DNA from: an uncultured cyanobacterium
GTDB taxonomy: Bacteria > Cyanobacteriota > Cyanobacteriia > Cyanobacteriales > Nostocaceae
Reading direction: 5' to 3'
Assembly: GCA_963740315.1 (NCBI GenBank)
Contig: CAVUDP010000002.1
Location: 384,001-448,000 of the forward strand
DNA: 64,000 nucleotides
The notes beneath the pieces are model-generated. The model saw only the letters and a program-made list of their open reading frames with translations, ran no database searches and was not told the DNA's origin. Positions within the stretch are counted from its first letter, which is position 1; the number at the start of each line of letters is the position of its first letter. Shown here in pieces: positions 54,429-64,000 of the stretch. Position numbers and translations under genes: made by a program.

Positions 54429-56621
54429 ATGGAAAATCAAAACCATCCTGAAGAAATAGATGTACAAAAATATCTGCTGGTTTTGAAACGTCGCTGGCTG
54501 ATAGCATCAATTGTTTTTGCAGGATTTGCAGGTTTTGCAGGTTTTAATTGGATAACTCAAAAGCCTGACTATGAAGCTACAGGAAAACTACTTTTTCGAG
54601 CAGATAATACCTCATCTTTAACGGGTGCTGGAAAAGATATTGGTCATTTAGAATCAATCAAACGCGAAGCTAACCCTTTAGATACGCAAGCAATAATTTT
54701 GCAGTCCGAACCAATAATTAAGGAAGTAGTAAAGTCTCTGGATCTTAAAGAAAAAAATGGTCAACCTTTAAATCCAGATTCAATATCTGTCAGTACTGGT
54801 TCAATTGTAGGTACTGATATAATGAGAGTTTCTTACACATCTGATAATCCAGAATTAGCTATAAAAGTAGTTAATAATGTGATGTCCGCCTATATCAAAC
54901 AGAATATTTATAGCAATAGTTCTGAAGCGATCGCAGCAAGAAAATTTATTGAGAAACAATTGCCAGGAGCGGAAACAGAATTAAACAACGCAACAAGAGA
55001 ATTACGAGATTTTAAGCAGAATAATCAAGTAATCGAGTTAAAAGAAGAGACACTTAAAGCAGTTGATATTATTAATGAAATAGATAAAGAACTAGCCGAG
55101 GCTAAATCGGACTTTGCTGAAATAAGCGCGAGAGAAAAGCAAGTCAGTCGTCAAGTAAATTTGCCGTTGAATAAGGCTATAGATATAACTTCTTTGAGTC
55201 AAGTCAAAGGGGTACAGGAAGTATTAAGCGAATTACAAAAAGTACAAACTGAATTAACAACTTTAAGAACTACACGGACTAACGCTCATCCATCTATTGT
55301 GGATCTCGAACAAAAAGAAGCTGCTTTAAATAATTTATTGCAGAGACGAACGGTTGAATCTTTAGGATATCAAGCTTCTATTGCTCCAAGCAGTTTACAA
55401 ATAGGAAAAGTCAAGCAAGACTTGGCTGCCGAATTTGTTAACTTAAATTCACAGCGCTTAGGTTTGGCACAAAAGATAGAATCTTTGTCTCAATTAAGGA
55501 ATATGTACAAGCAGAGAACTGAAAATATTCCAAATTTAGAGAGAAAGCAAAATCAGTTAGAACAAAGATTATCAATAGCCCAAAAAAGTTACGAAAACCT
55601 CAAGGCAAGATTAGAAGAAATTAAATTAGCAGAAAATCAAACTGTTGGGAATGCTAGCATCGTTGAAAAAGCCAAGAAGGTACATGCTAGTCCACAAGCT
55701 CAGAAAAAGAGATTTCTAATTACTTTTGGTAGCCTGGGCGTTGGTTTATTACTAAGTATCGGTTCCGCTTATTTTGTAGATTTAATCGATCGAAGGCTGA
55801 AAACTGCTAAAGAAGCAGAGAACCTTTTTGGTTATACCTTATTAGGGTTAATTCCCAAATTTGATACTAATAATAATATCTCTACCGTAGACGATAAAAT
55901 TACAGGTGTATCCGAAAGAGTTATCGTTGCCACTTCACCTCGCACGGTAATTCACGAAGCATATCAAATGCTTCAAGCTAACTTGAAATTTATCAGTTTA
56001 GATAAGAAAGTTCGCTCGATTGTAGTCACAAGCTCTGTAACGGGCGAGGGTAAAACAGAAGTCGCGGCTAATTTAGCAGCAGTTATGGCACAGGTAGGAA
56101 GACGGGTGCTGTTAATTGATGCTGATATGCGTCAGCCATCTCAACATCACCTTTGGGGTTTAATTAACTCTATCGGCTTGAGTAACGTGATGGTAGGAGA
56201 GAACGAGCTAGAAAATGCTGTACAAAAGATAACCGAAAACCTATCAGTATTGAGCGCTGGTGTTATGCCTCCGAACCCTCTAGCGTTAATAGATTCAGAG
56301 CGGATGACTAATTTTATAGAGATGCTATCTATGAATTACGACTATATAGTTTTTGATACTCCGCCCTTAGTTGGAACTGCGGAAACAGCAGTTTTATCGC
56401 AAATGGTGGATGGCGTTTTAGTTGTAGTTAGACCGGGGTTAGTAAATTCAGCCAGCGTTAATGCCGCGAAGTCTTTACTGGAAAGGTCGGAAGCGAACGT
56501 TTTAGGAATTATCGCCAATGGTGTAAATGTCAAGCACGAGCCAAATAATTATTTTTATTACAGCACTCAATCTGAATCTGGCGTTGAGAAAAACGATCGG
56601 GCAGTGCGTTCTTTAAATTAA
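54429..56621 (+). CDS. wzc: Wzc/GumC polysaccharide co-polymerase with tyrosine autokinase
   Basis: Two TMs around a coiled-coil loop; Walker A GEGKT, LIDADMR, FDTPP and a C-terminal Tyr cluster NNYFYY. Confidence 0.92.
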   Translation: MENQNHPEEIDVQKYLLVLKRRWLIASIVFAGFAGFAGFNWITQKPDYEATGKLLFRADNTSSLTGAGKDIGHLESIKREANPLDTQAIILQSEPIIKEVVKSLDLKEKNGQPLNPDSISVSTGSIVGTDIMRVSYTSDNPELAIKVVNNVMSAYIKQNIYSNSSEAIAARKFIEKQLPGAETELNNATRELRDFKQNNQVIELKEETLKAVDIINEIDKELAEAKSDFAEISAREKQVSRQVNLPLNKAIDITSLSQVKGVQEVLSELQKVQTELTTLRTTRTNAHPSIVDLEQKEAALNNLLQRRTVESLGYQASIAPSSLQIGKVKQDLAAEFVNLNSQRLGLAQKIESLSQLRNMYKQRTENIPNLERKQNQLEQRLSIAQKSYENLKARLEEIKLAENQTVGNASIVEKAKKVHASPQAQKKRFLITFGSLGVGLLLSIGSAYFVDLIDRRLKTAKEAENLFGYTLLGLIPKFDTNNNISTVDDKITGVSERVIVATSPRTVIHEAYQMLQANLKFISLDKKVRSIVVTSSVTGEGKTEVAANLAAVMAQVGRRVLLIDADMRQPSQHHLWGLINSIGLSNVMVGENELENAVQKITENLSVLSAGVMPPNPLALIDSERMTNFIEMLSMNYDYIVFDTPPLVGTAETAVLSQMVDGVLVVVRPGLVNSASVNAAKSLLERSEANVLGIIANGVNVKHEPNNYFYYSTQSESGVEKNDRAVRSLN

Positions 56622-56805
56622 GAGGGCGGACCACCGGAGTGAGGAGTTGTATTTTTGTCAATAATTTTAAGTAAAAAGATACAAAACGAACACTGCTTGC
56701 TCTCAACAAACTATTTTGAAACAATCTCTGTTTAGCATATATTTCTCGATGCTTTTCCTTCAATACATTAATACTGTATACCCAAACATCAATTGAAAAT
56801 TAACC

Positions 56806-57384
56806 ATGAGTAGCCAATTGAATGAGATTGCATACAGCCAACAGCCAGCTAATGAATTGAGTCTGTGGGAGCAGTGGAAGGAAGACTGGATAGCCCACGA
56901 AGGAGATTGGACAAGACCGGGACTTCGAGCGGTTTTAGTTCACCGTTTTGGAGTTTGGCGGATGAAATTTAAGTCCAAATGGATTCGATCGCCTTTAACT
57001 TTGATATATAAAATGATGCATCTTAAGGTTCGCAATACCTACGGAATTGAAATACCATTTACCGTTAAATTAGGGCGGCGGGTGGTTGTTGAACACCAAG
57101 GTGGGATTGTGATTAGCGGATTGAGTGCAATTGGCGATGATTCAATTATTCGTCAAGGCGTGACTTTAGGTAATCGTTATTTAGAGCGTCCCCTAGAAGT
57201 GCCTTCCTTGGGTAAAAGGGTGAATGTAGGAGCGGGAGCGAAGATTTTTGGCAACGTTTTTATTGGAGATGGAGCTTCGATCGGCGCGAATGCAGTGGTT
57301 TTATGTGATGTACCACCGGGAGCAACCGCAGTGGGTATACCTGCCAAAGTGATCGATTCTAAGAAAAGTAAACAAGTTACCTAA
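56806..57384 (+). CDS. Hexapeptide (CysE/WcaB-like) acetyltransferase
   Basis: IGDDSIIRQGVTLG, VGAGAKIFG, IGANAVV and VGIPAKVI. Confidence 0.9.
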   Translation: MSSQLNEIAYSQQPANELSLWEQWKEDWIAHEGDWTRPGLRAVLVHRFGVWRMKFKSKWIRSPLTLIYKMMHLKVRNTYGIEIPFTVKLGRRVVVEHQGGIVISGLSAIGDDSIIRQGVTLGNRYLERPLEVPSLGKRVNVGAGAKIFGNVFIGDGASIGANAVVLCDVPPGATAVGIPAKVIDSKKSKQVT

Positions 57385-57417
57385 CTAGATAGTTTAGGTA
57401 TCTCTATGTAGCTAAAG

Positions 57418-58650
57418 GTGCAATTCATGTCTATTAGTCAGTTTTTATTGTTTAGTTTTGATGTTGTTTTATTAATTTGTGGATCGGGATTGTTTGTTCT
57501 GTGCTTCGTTTTGTTCTTAGAATGTATGGCGGCTTTATTTCCGTTTTCCGAGCAGAATACCGAAGAAAACATTCAAAATACAAAAGTTGCCGTATTAGTT
57601 CCCGCTCATAACGAGGAAGTAATCATCCGTTGTACACTGATGGATTTGAAATGTAAGCTAAAAAAAGAACATAGATTGATTGTCATAGCCGATAATTGTA
57701 CTGATAAAACGGCAGATATTGCGAGGACGGTTGGTGCTACTGTAATTGAGCGTAACGACTCAAAGCTCTTAGGTAAAGGATACGCTTTAGATTACGGCTT
57801 AGAATTTTTGGAGCAAGAGCCACCAGAGGTTGTAGTGTTTATTGATGCTGATTGTTTTATTCAGCAAGGCTCTATAGAAAAGCTAACAGAGCTTGCCATT
57901 GCTACGAAACGTCCAGTACAAGCTACCTACTTGATGTCCAAACCAGCCTTATCTAGCCCCAAAGATTCTGTTTCTGCATTTGCTTTTAAAGTTAAAAATA
58001 AGGTTCGTCTGTTGGGATTGAAGAAGTTAGGACTACCTTGCACCCTAGTTGGTACGGGTATGGCTTTTCCTTGGGCTGCAATTCGTGCGGTGAATCTGGC
58101 TAACGGTGACATAGTAGAAGACATGAAATTGGGCTTGGATTTGAATATAGCCGGATATCCACCGTTATTCTGTCCAACTGCTGCCGTTACAGGATGTTTG
58201 CCACAACAGACACAAGCAGCCAAAACTCAAAGAACTCGATGGGAACACGGTCATTTACAAACCTTGCTTACCTACGTCCCCAAGTTAATTGAGGCATCGG
58301 TAAAGCAAACACGAGTTGATTTGTTAGCGATCGCTCTAGATTTATGCGTACCACCTTTATCATTGTTAGTTGCTGTTTGGCTGTTGCTGATGAGTGCTTC
58401 GCTTTTAGTTGCATTTATGGGAATAGGTTATTCGGCAATACTTATAGGTACAGCCGGATGCCTGCTTATGGTTGCAATTTTGACATCCTGGGCAAAATTT
58501 GGACGTAAGGAATTACCTTTACTTCAACTCTTATCTATTCCTGTTTATATATTGAAAAAGATACCCGTTTATGTACAGTTTATATTTCGACCAGTTAAAA
58601 TCTGGGTTCGCACGGAAAGAGACTCAGTTAATCCTTTTAAAATTCTTTGA
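57418..58650 (+). CDS. GT2 membrane glycosyltransferase
   Basis: VPAHNEE, IADNCTD, GKGYAL, FIDAD, VED and QRTRW. Confidence 0.92.
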   Translation: MQFMSISQFLLFSFDVVLLICGSGLFVLCFVLFLECMAALFPFSEQNTEENIQNTKVAVLVPAHNEEVIIRCTLMDLKCKLKKEHRLIVIADNCTDKTADIARTVGATVIERNDSKLLGKGYALDYGLEFLEQEPPEVVVFIDADCFIQQGSIEKLTELAIATKRPVQATYLMSKPALSSPKDSVSAFAFKVKNKVRLLGLKKLGLPCTLVGTGMAFPWAAIRAVNLANGDIVEDMKLGLDLNIAGYPPLFCPTAAVTGCLPQQTQAAKTQRTRWEHGHLQTLLTYVPKLIEASVKQTRVDLLAIALDLCVPPLSLLVAVWLLLMSASLLVAFMGIGYSAILIGTAGCLLMVAILTSWAKFGRKELPLLQLLSIPVYILKKIPVYVQFIFRPVKIWVRTERDSVNPFKIL

Positions 58651-58784
58651 GAATTTATAAGTAGGTAATGCCGGACAAAAAAGCAAGGTAGAGAAGACCG
58701 ATTTACATTCTGTTGTATAGTTAGCTTTATTTGTGTGGACTTACTTAATTTAGAGTCAGCATATCAAAACGGAGAAGTCACAAA

Positions 58785-60008
58785 ATGCCTAAACAACTTC
58801 GGGTACTTTATGCAATTGGACCTGAAAATGTCATAGAAGCTTATACTTGTTGGAAAGAAAATCGCGATTGTCAATCACAAGTATCAATTCCCTTATCAAG
58901 TCAATTTTATGATGTTTGTCAAAATTTAAATGCTAAAGGTTATGTTATAGCTCAATCGCAAACCAATGAAATAATCGAAGACGAGCAATTCCGGGTTGAG
59001 TGTCGTCGGGTTCCATTACCTGCTTCAGGTGGAGTATTGTATTACTTGAGACAACTTTGGTGTGGATTGCAATTACTAAAATCTGCAATCGGCTTTCGAG
59101 CCAATGTTGTGGTAGTAGATAGCGGTACAACTGACTGGTATGTTCTGTGTTTATTTTCATGGTTGGGTTTTAAAGTTGTACCATCCTTACATTGTACGCT
59201 TTGGTATAAATTTAAGCCTTTGCGTAAAGTAGATAAACTGAGGTTAAAAATTAATAGATATTTGTTTTCCGATTACTCGGAGGCGATACTCGCAGGTTCC
59301 CAGGATACGGCGAAGCAAGTTTATCAATTAACAAATGGTCAACATAAACCAACTTATGAATTTAGTTATTCGTATCGCCGTTCTGACTTTGCAAATTTAG
59401 CTCAACCATCACGGGATTCTGATGTTTTCCGCGTTCTTTTTGCCGGACGGATTGAGACAAATAAAGGCGTGTTTGACTTACTAGAAATTGCCAAAAATTT
59501 TGTTGAAAAGGGTATAGAAAATATAGTTTTTGATGTTTGTGGAGAAGGTTCGGCGTTAGAATCTTTACGTTTGGCAGTAAAAGTTGCTGGTATAGAGCGG
59601 AATTTTATTTGTCACGGTTATTGTCAAAAACAATATATGCGGGAAATATTTGGTGGCTCTCATATTGTAGTAGTTCCTACTAGAACCGATTTTAGTGAAG
59701 GTTTTAATCGCGTTGTTTGCGAAAGTATTTTATCCAATCGTCCGGTTGTGACTTCAGCAGTTTGTCCGGCGCTATCTTATGTAAAAGAAGCTGTAGTCGA
59801 GGTTCCACCTGATGACGTGAAAGCTTATAGTGATGCAATACTAAATTTGTATGGCGATCGCGAACTTTACGAACAAAAAAGATTAGCTTGTCAGATAGTT
59901 CAAGAACAGTTTTACGATCTAAGCCTCGGATGGGGAGCGGCTCTCAAATCTATTTTATTAAAAATAGCAGAAACAGATGTGAAGTATTTAACTATGGTAG
60001 GTCGCTAA
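58785..60008 (+). CDS. GT4 glycosyltransferase
   Basis: LFAGRIETNKG and VPTRTDFSEGFNRVVCES. Confidence 0.9.
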   Translation: MPKQLRVLYAIGPENVIEAYTCWKENRDCQSQVSIPLSSQFYDVCQNLNAKGYVIAQSQTNEIIEDEQFRVECRRVPLPASGGVLYYLRQLWCGLQLLKSAIGFRANVVVVDSGTTDWYVLCLFSWLGFKVVPSLHCTLWYKFKPLRKVDKLRLKINRYLFSDYSEAILAGSQDTAKQVYQLTNGQHKPTYEFSYSYRRSDFANLAQPSRDSDVFRVLFAGRIETNKGVFDLLEIAKNFVEKGIENIVFDVCGEGSALESLRLAVKVAGIERNFICHGYCQKQYMREIFGGSHIVVVPTRTDFSEGFNRVVCESILSNRPVVTSAVCPALSYVKEAVVEVPPDDVKAYSDAILNLYGDRELYEQKRLACQIVQEQFYDLSLGWGAALKSILLKIAETDVKYLTMVGR

Positions 60009-60040
60009 TACAAAAAAGTAGATATTAAATCATAAATATC

Positions 60041-61309
60041 GTGAAAAGAAAACATTTAGAAATTGCCGAAAAAGTATTTGTTGTGATCGGCTTAACTTTT
60101 TTCACCGGAGGCTTTGAAGCAGGTGCGACTGAAACTACACCAGCACTGTTATCGCCAACAATTGTATCAACTATTAGATATACTGTTTGGTGTTTATCCT
60201 TAGTTATAGTTATTTTTAACTATAAAAAAGCTTTAGTAACGGCTAGTCAGGACATATTTATTTGGATATTAACGCCAATTGTATATGCATCCTCGATTTG
60301 GTCGCTGAATCCTGAATATACTGAAAAATTTATGGTAGAAATTTTGCAAATGACCTCATTTGCATTGTTTTTTGCCACGCGCTTTACCATTAAACAGCAA
60401 GTAAGATTAGTCGCTTGGACATTTGCTGTAGGAGCAATTGTAAGTATTTTTGTTGTTTGGCGTTATCCAGGAGCGGGTTTACACTGGCACGATCATCCAG
60501 GTTCGTGGAAAGGAATATACGATTACAAAAATACTTTTGGCAGTATGATGGTTATCGGTTCTATTGCATTTTTATTAATACCAATAGATAGCCTAAAACA
60601 TCAGCGATATAAATGGGGATTTTTCTTTTTATCGCTGGTAATGATATATTTTTCAACTTCAAAAACATCGCTGATTGTTGCTTTCTTAGTATTTGTAATT
60701 TTGTACTTTTATCGTAAGTTTCGTTGGCAGGGAAAACTAAGTATAGTTTTTATAGATTTAGGAGTTCTTATTGTTGGAGGTATTAGTACGTTAGTTGTGA
60801 CTTTATGGATAGAAATATTAAGTGCTTTCGGAAAAGATCCGACTTTAACCGGACGCTTGCCTATGTGGGGTCGCATATTTGATAGACTTTTAACGGAACA
60901 ACCTTTATTTGGTTTTGGACGTGGTGGTTTTTGGGCGGATGAAAGTAATTATGCTATTGAAGCAGGTATGGCGGTAACAGAACGTTATTTACCTCCTCAC
61001 GCTCACAATGGTTATATAGATTTAGCTTTGGATGTGGGCTTAGTAGGTTTATCGCTGTTTTTAATTAGTTTGTCTATTGCTTATATTCGCTCGCTGAAAT
61101 TAGCTTATAATGCTCCAAGTTCCGAGTATATTTGGCCTCTAGGTTTTCTGTTATTCTTAAGTTTAAATAATTTGTCAGAAAGCTATTTACTACGTCTGGC
61201 AAATGTGTATTGGGTTTTATATGTAACAACTGCTCTTTCTGTTGGCAAAGAAGTGCGAAGTAGCACTTTTAAACTAGATGTTGCCCGAAGGAAACGAAAT
61301 TCTATCTAA
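60041..61309 (+). CDS. O-antigen ligase/Wzy-like polymerase
   Basis: Multiple TMs; WKGIYDYKN, STSKTS, GKDPTLTGR, PLFGFG and HAHNGYID. Confidence 0.9.
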   Translation: MKRKHLEIAEKVFVVIGLTFFTGGFEAGATETTPALLSPTIVSTIRYTVWCLSLVIVIFNYKKALVTASQDIFIWILTPIVYASSIWSLNPEYTEKFMVEILQMTSFALFFATRFTIKQQVRLVAWTFAVGAIVSIFVVWRYPGAGLHWHDHPGSWKGIYDYKNTFGSMMVIGSIAFLLIPIDSLKHQRYKWGFFFLSLVMIYFSTSKTSLIVAFLVFVILYFYRKFRWQGKLSIVFIDLGVLIVGGISTLVVTLWIEILSAFGKDPTLTGRLPMWGRIFDRLLTEQPLFGFGRGGFWADESNYAIEAGMAVTERYLPPHAHNGYIDLALDVGLVGLSLFLISLSIAYIRSLKLAYNAPSSEYIWPLGFLLFLSLNNLSESYLLRLANVYWVLYVTTALSVGKEVRSSTFKLDVARRKRNSI

Positions 61310-61373
61310 CTAATTCTTGTTTGCTTTTAAATAAGGTTCATAACACATTTAACACATTTAGGAGAAGATTAAA

Positions 61374-62021
61374 ATGCACGTAGCTTATGCTAAAGCGTCG
61401 GAATGGGCAAAACACAATTCATTTGGTAAAGCTTGGCGGTTAGAGCGAATGAAGCAATTTCTCGCTTTAGTTAAACCACCGTCGGGTGCAAAAATTATCG
61501 ATTTGGGTGGACATCTGCCGATGTGGAAGTGGTTCGATCACGATTTTGAAGTTACTTTAGTTAATTTACCGGGTTCTTATAAAAGTACGGGAAAGTTTGG
61601 ACAATATACTTTAGTTGAAGGAGATGCGACTAATTTAGCTAATACTTTTAAAGATAAATCCTTCGATATCGTATTTAGTAATTCCGTCATCGAACACGTA
61701 GGTGATGAATCAAAGCAGGGTGATTTTGCATCAGAAGTGATTCGTCTAGCTAAAGGTTATTGGGTACAAACACCGAGTAATTACTGGCCCGTTGAACCCC
61801 ATACTGGTGTAATTGGTTATTGGTTACTACCAGAATTCGTGCGCCAAAATTTACAGCAATCGTGGGAAAAGAAATTACCAGTTTGGACGGAGATGGTTAG
61901 AGGTACGAGAGTGCTTTCTAAAAATCGGATGCGCGAACTTTTTCCCGACAGCAAGTTTTATGTAGAGCGAAAGGCTTTATTAGAAAAATCCTATGCTGCT
62001 TATAAGCCTTTTGGGCGGTGA
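61374..62021 (+). CDS. Class I SAM-dependent methyltransferase
   Basis: IIDLGG, GDAT, FDIVFSNSVIEHVG and VQTP..EPH. Confidence 0.88.
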   Translation: MHVAYAKASEWAKHNSFGKAWRLERMKQFLALVKPPSGAKIIDLGGHLPMWKWFDHDFEVTLVNLPGSYKSTGKFGQYTLVEGDATNLANTFKDKSFDIVFSNSVIEHVGDESKQGDFASEVIRLAKGYWVQTPSNYWPVEPHTGVIGYWLLPEFVRQNLQQSWEKKLPVWTEMVRGTRVLSKNRMRELFPDSKFYVERKALLEKSYAAYKPFGR

Positions 62022-62120
62022 ATAGGATTCTTAAATAAGACAGGTTTTATACCTGTCCTACAATCAAATTGGTTTTTTAATTTTCTATTTTGATTAAAAA
62101 TAGATTGCGGGAGAGAATAA

Positions 62121-63119
62121 GTGAATTCGATTGGTGTAGTTGTAATTGGAAGGAATGAAGGAAACCGTCTTAACTCGTGTTTATCATCAGTAATTGGCGA
62201 AGGAAGAACGGTTGTTTACGTTGATTCTGGTTCTACCGATGGCAGCGTTGAATTAGCTCGTAGCTTAGGGGTTAAGGTTGTTGAACTAGATTTATCAATT
62301 CCCTTTACCGCTGCACGTGCCAGAAATGCGGGGTTTGAATATCTACTACAAATAGATCCCTCAGTTGAGTTTGTTCAATTTGTGGATGGAGATTGTTTGG
62401 TAGTAGAGGGATGGTTGGAAAAAGCCATCGAAGTATTAAATGCGAAACCTGAAGTGGTTGTAGTTTGCGGTAGAAGGCGAGAAGAGTTTCCCACATCTGT
62501 TTATAATCGCTTGTGCGATATCGAATGGGATACTCCCGTGGGGGAAGCTAAAGCCTGCGGTGGTGATGCAATGATGCGCGTCAAAGCTTTAAAACAAGTT
62601 GGCGGCTTTAATCCGACTTTAATTGCTGGAGAGGAACCAGAATTATGCGTGCGGTTGCGTCAAGCTGGCGGCAAAATTATGCGTATAGATGCCGAAATGA
62701 CTTTACACGATGCACAAATTATGCATTTTGGGCAGTGGTGGAAGCGTTCGATTCGCAACGGACACGCTTATGCTGAAGGTGCCCTTATGCACGGAAAACC
62801 TCCGGAAAAGCATTGGGTGAAAGAAAGTCGGAGAATTTGGTTTTGGGGTTTCATATTACCGCTTTTGGCGGTTGTTAGTGCTTGGTTTACTGGGGGATCG
62901 AGCATAATTTTGTTTTTAGGGGCTTATGTTCTATTAGCCTCTCGCGTCTATAAATATGCAAAAACAAGAGGATTTCCTTCCTCTGATGCATTGCTTTATG
63001 GTCTGTTTTGTGTTTTAGATAAATTTCCTGGGTTTATAGGTCAGATTCAGTTTCATTTATCCCGATTGTTAGGAAGGAAACGCACTATTGTTGAATATAA
63101 AGGTGCGACGGTTAGTTAA
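62121..63119 (+). CDS. GT2 glycosyltransferase
   Basis: VVIGRNEG, YVDSGSTDGS, AARARNAG, FVDGD and GEEPELC. Confidence 0.92.
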   Translation: MNSIGVVVIGRNEGNRLNSCLSSVIGEGRTVVYVDSGSTDGSVELARSLGVKVVELDLSIPFTAARARNAGFEYLLQIDPSVEFVQFVDGDCLVVEGWLEKAIEVLNAKPEVVVVCGRRREEFPTSVYNRLCDIEWDTPVGEAKACGGDAMMRVKALKQVGGFNPTLIAGEEPELCVRLRQAGGKIMRIDAEMTLHDAQIMHFGQWWKRSIRNGHAYAEGALMHGKPPEKHWVKESRRIWFWGFILPLLAVVSAWFTGGSSIILFLGAYVLLASRVYKYAKTRGFPSSDALLYGLFCVLDKFPGFIGQIQFHLSRLLGRKRTIVEYKGATVS

Positions 63120-63192
63120 ATAAGAGTTAGGAGTTGGAACCACCGGAGTTGGGAGTTGGGAGTTGATAGTAAAGAATAATTAGTAAAAAAAT

Positions 63193-64000
63193 ATGCTGCT
63201 TAAAAATGTATTTAAGATTTCTAATCTAGTTAAAAAGAAAGATTCTACGTCTTTTGACTCAATATCTTCAGCTAACCGAAATCGTAATCAAAACAATTTA
63301 TCCTATAAATCTATTGCCATCGTTGGTTGTGGTTTTGTTGCCGACTATTACCTTAAAACTCTCTCAATGCATTCGCAATTGAAGCTAGTGGGAGTTATGG
63401 ATAAAATTAGCGATCGCGCTAGTAAGTTTGCCGAATTCCATCATGTCGATCGCGTTTATGAAACTCTCACTGATGTACTTGAGGATAATACGGTTGATAT
63501 TGTTTTAAATTTAACTAATCCTGGCAGCCATTATGAAGTATCCAAAGCTTGTTTGGAAGCTGGGAAACACGTTTATTCTGAAAAACCTTTGGCGATGGAA
63601 ATGGCGCAAGCTAATGAATTAGTAAATATCGCCGAAGCGAAGGGTTTATATCTTTCTTCCGCCCCATGCAGCTTGTTAAGCGAAACCGCACAAACAGTAT
63701 GGAAGGCGTTACGAGAAAATCAAGTTGGAAAAGTTCGGTTAGTTTATGCGGAAATGGATGATGGATTAGTTCATCAAATGCCTTATCAAAAATGGTTGAG
63801 CGAATCCGGTACACCGTGGCCCTATAAAGATGAATTTGAGGTAGGCTGTACGTTAGAACACGCAGGGTATTATGTCAACTGGCTTACTGCTTTCTTCGGT
63901 CCTGCTGAGACTGTTTTTGCATTCTCATCTTGTGTAATTCCAGATAAACATACTGATATACCGTTAGATGTTAATGCTCCAGACTTTTCTGTAGCCTGTA
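63193..64000 (+). CDS. Gfo/Idh/MocA oxidoreductase (3' end lies outside the window)
   Basis: Read by hand from ATG 63193: IAIVGCGFVADYY, LNLTNPGSHY, GKHVYSEKPLA and LEHAGYY; open to the window end. Confidence 0.9.
   Translation, partial: MLLKNVFKISNLVKKKDSTSFDSISSANRNRNQNNLSYKSIAIVGCGFVADYYLKTLSMHSQLKLVGVMDKISDRASKFAEFHHVDRVYETLTDVLEDNTVDIVLNLTNPGSHYEVSKACLEAGKHVYSEKPLAMEMAQANELVNIAEAKGLYLSSAPCSLLSETAQTVWKALRENQVGKVRLVYAEMDDGLVHQMPYQKWLSESGTPWPYKDEFEVGCTLEHAGYYVNWLTAFFGPAETVFAFSSCVIPDKHTDIPLDVNAPDFSVAC

Overview
A 64-kb chromosomal segment from a filamentous, probably heterocyst-forming cyanobacterium (Nostocales-like). This is inferred from frequent HIP1 GCGATCGC octamers, heptamer/octamer short tandem repeats (STRR-type) between genes, and the gene content. 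Housekeeping genes are thiD, glnB, rdgB, a phosphoglucomutase/phosphomannomutase, queC, pyrE, thiC with a TPP riboswitch, ntrC (NADPH thioredoxin reductase C), pyrG and a tRNA with CAU anticodon (probably Ile2). Accessory content: (i) an AT-rich block with an L,D-transpeptidase, a secreted Pro/Glu/Gln repeat protein and a kinase-WD40 protein; (ii) a chromosomal ParM-like actin plus ParR-like partner with no visible parC array; (iii) a His kinase / PP2C / FHA-kinase signalling cluster; (iv) a type IV pilin / O-GlcNAc-transferase-like (GT41) glycosylation island, including a probable ~1,446-aa MTase-GT2-GT4-TPR-GT41 fusion split at a T9 run; (v) an Rpn/DUF2887-like nuclease with a candidate internal antitoxin start, flanked by REP-like repeats, one of which carries a nested TA-duplicating MITE; and (vi) the start of a Wzy-type exopolysaccharide cluster. 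Caveat: 38.3-41.9 kb is dense with single-base indels, mostly in homopolymers, that look like long-read consensus errors, so all frameshift calls here need read-level checking. Family assignments come from motif recognition by eye, not database searches.
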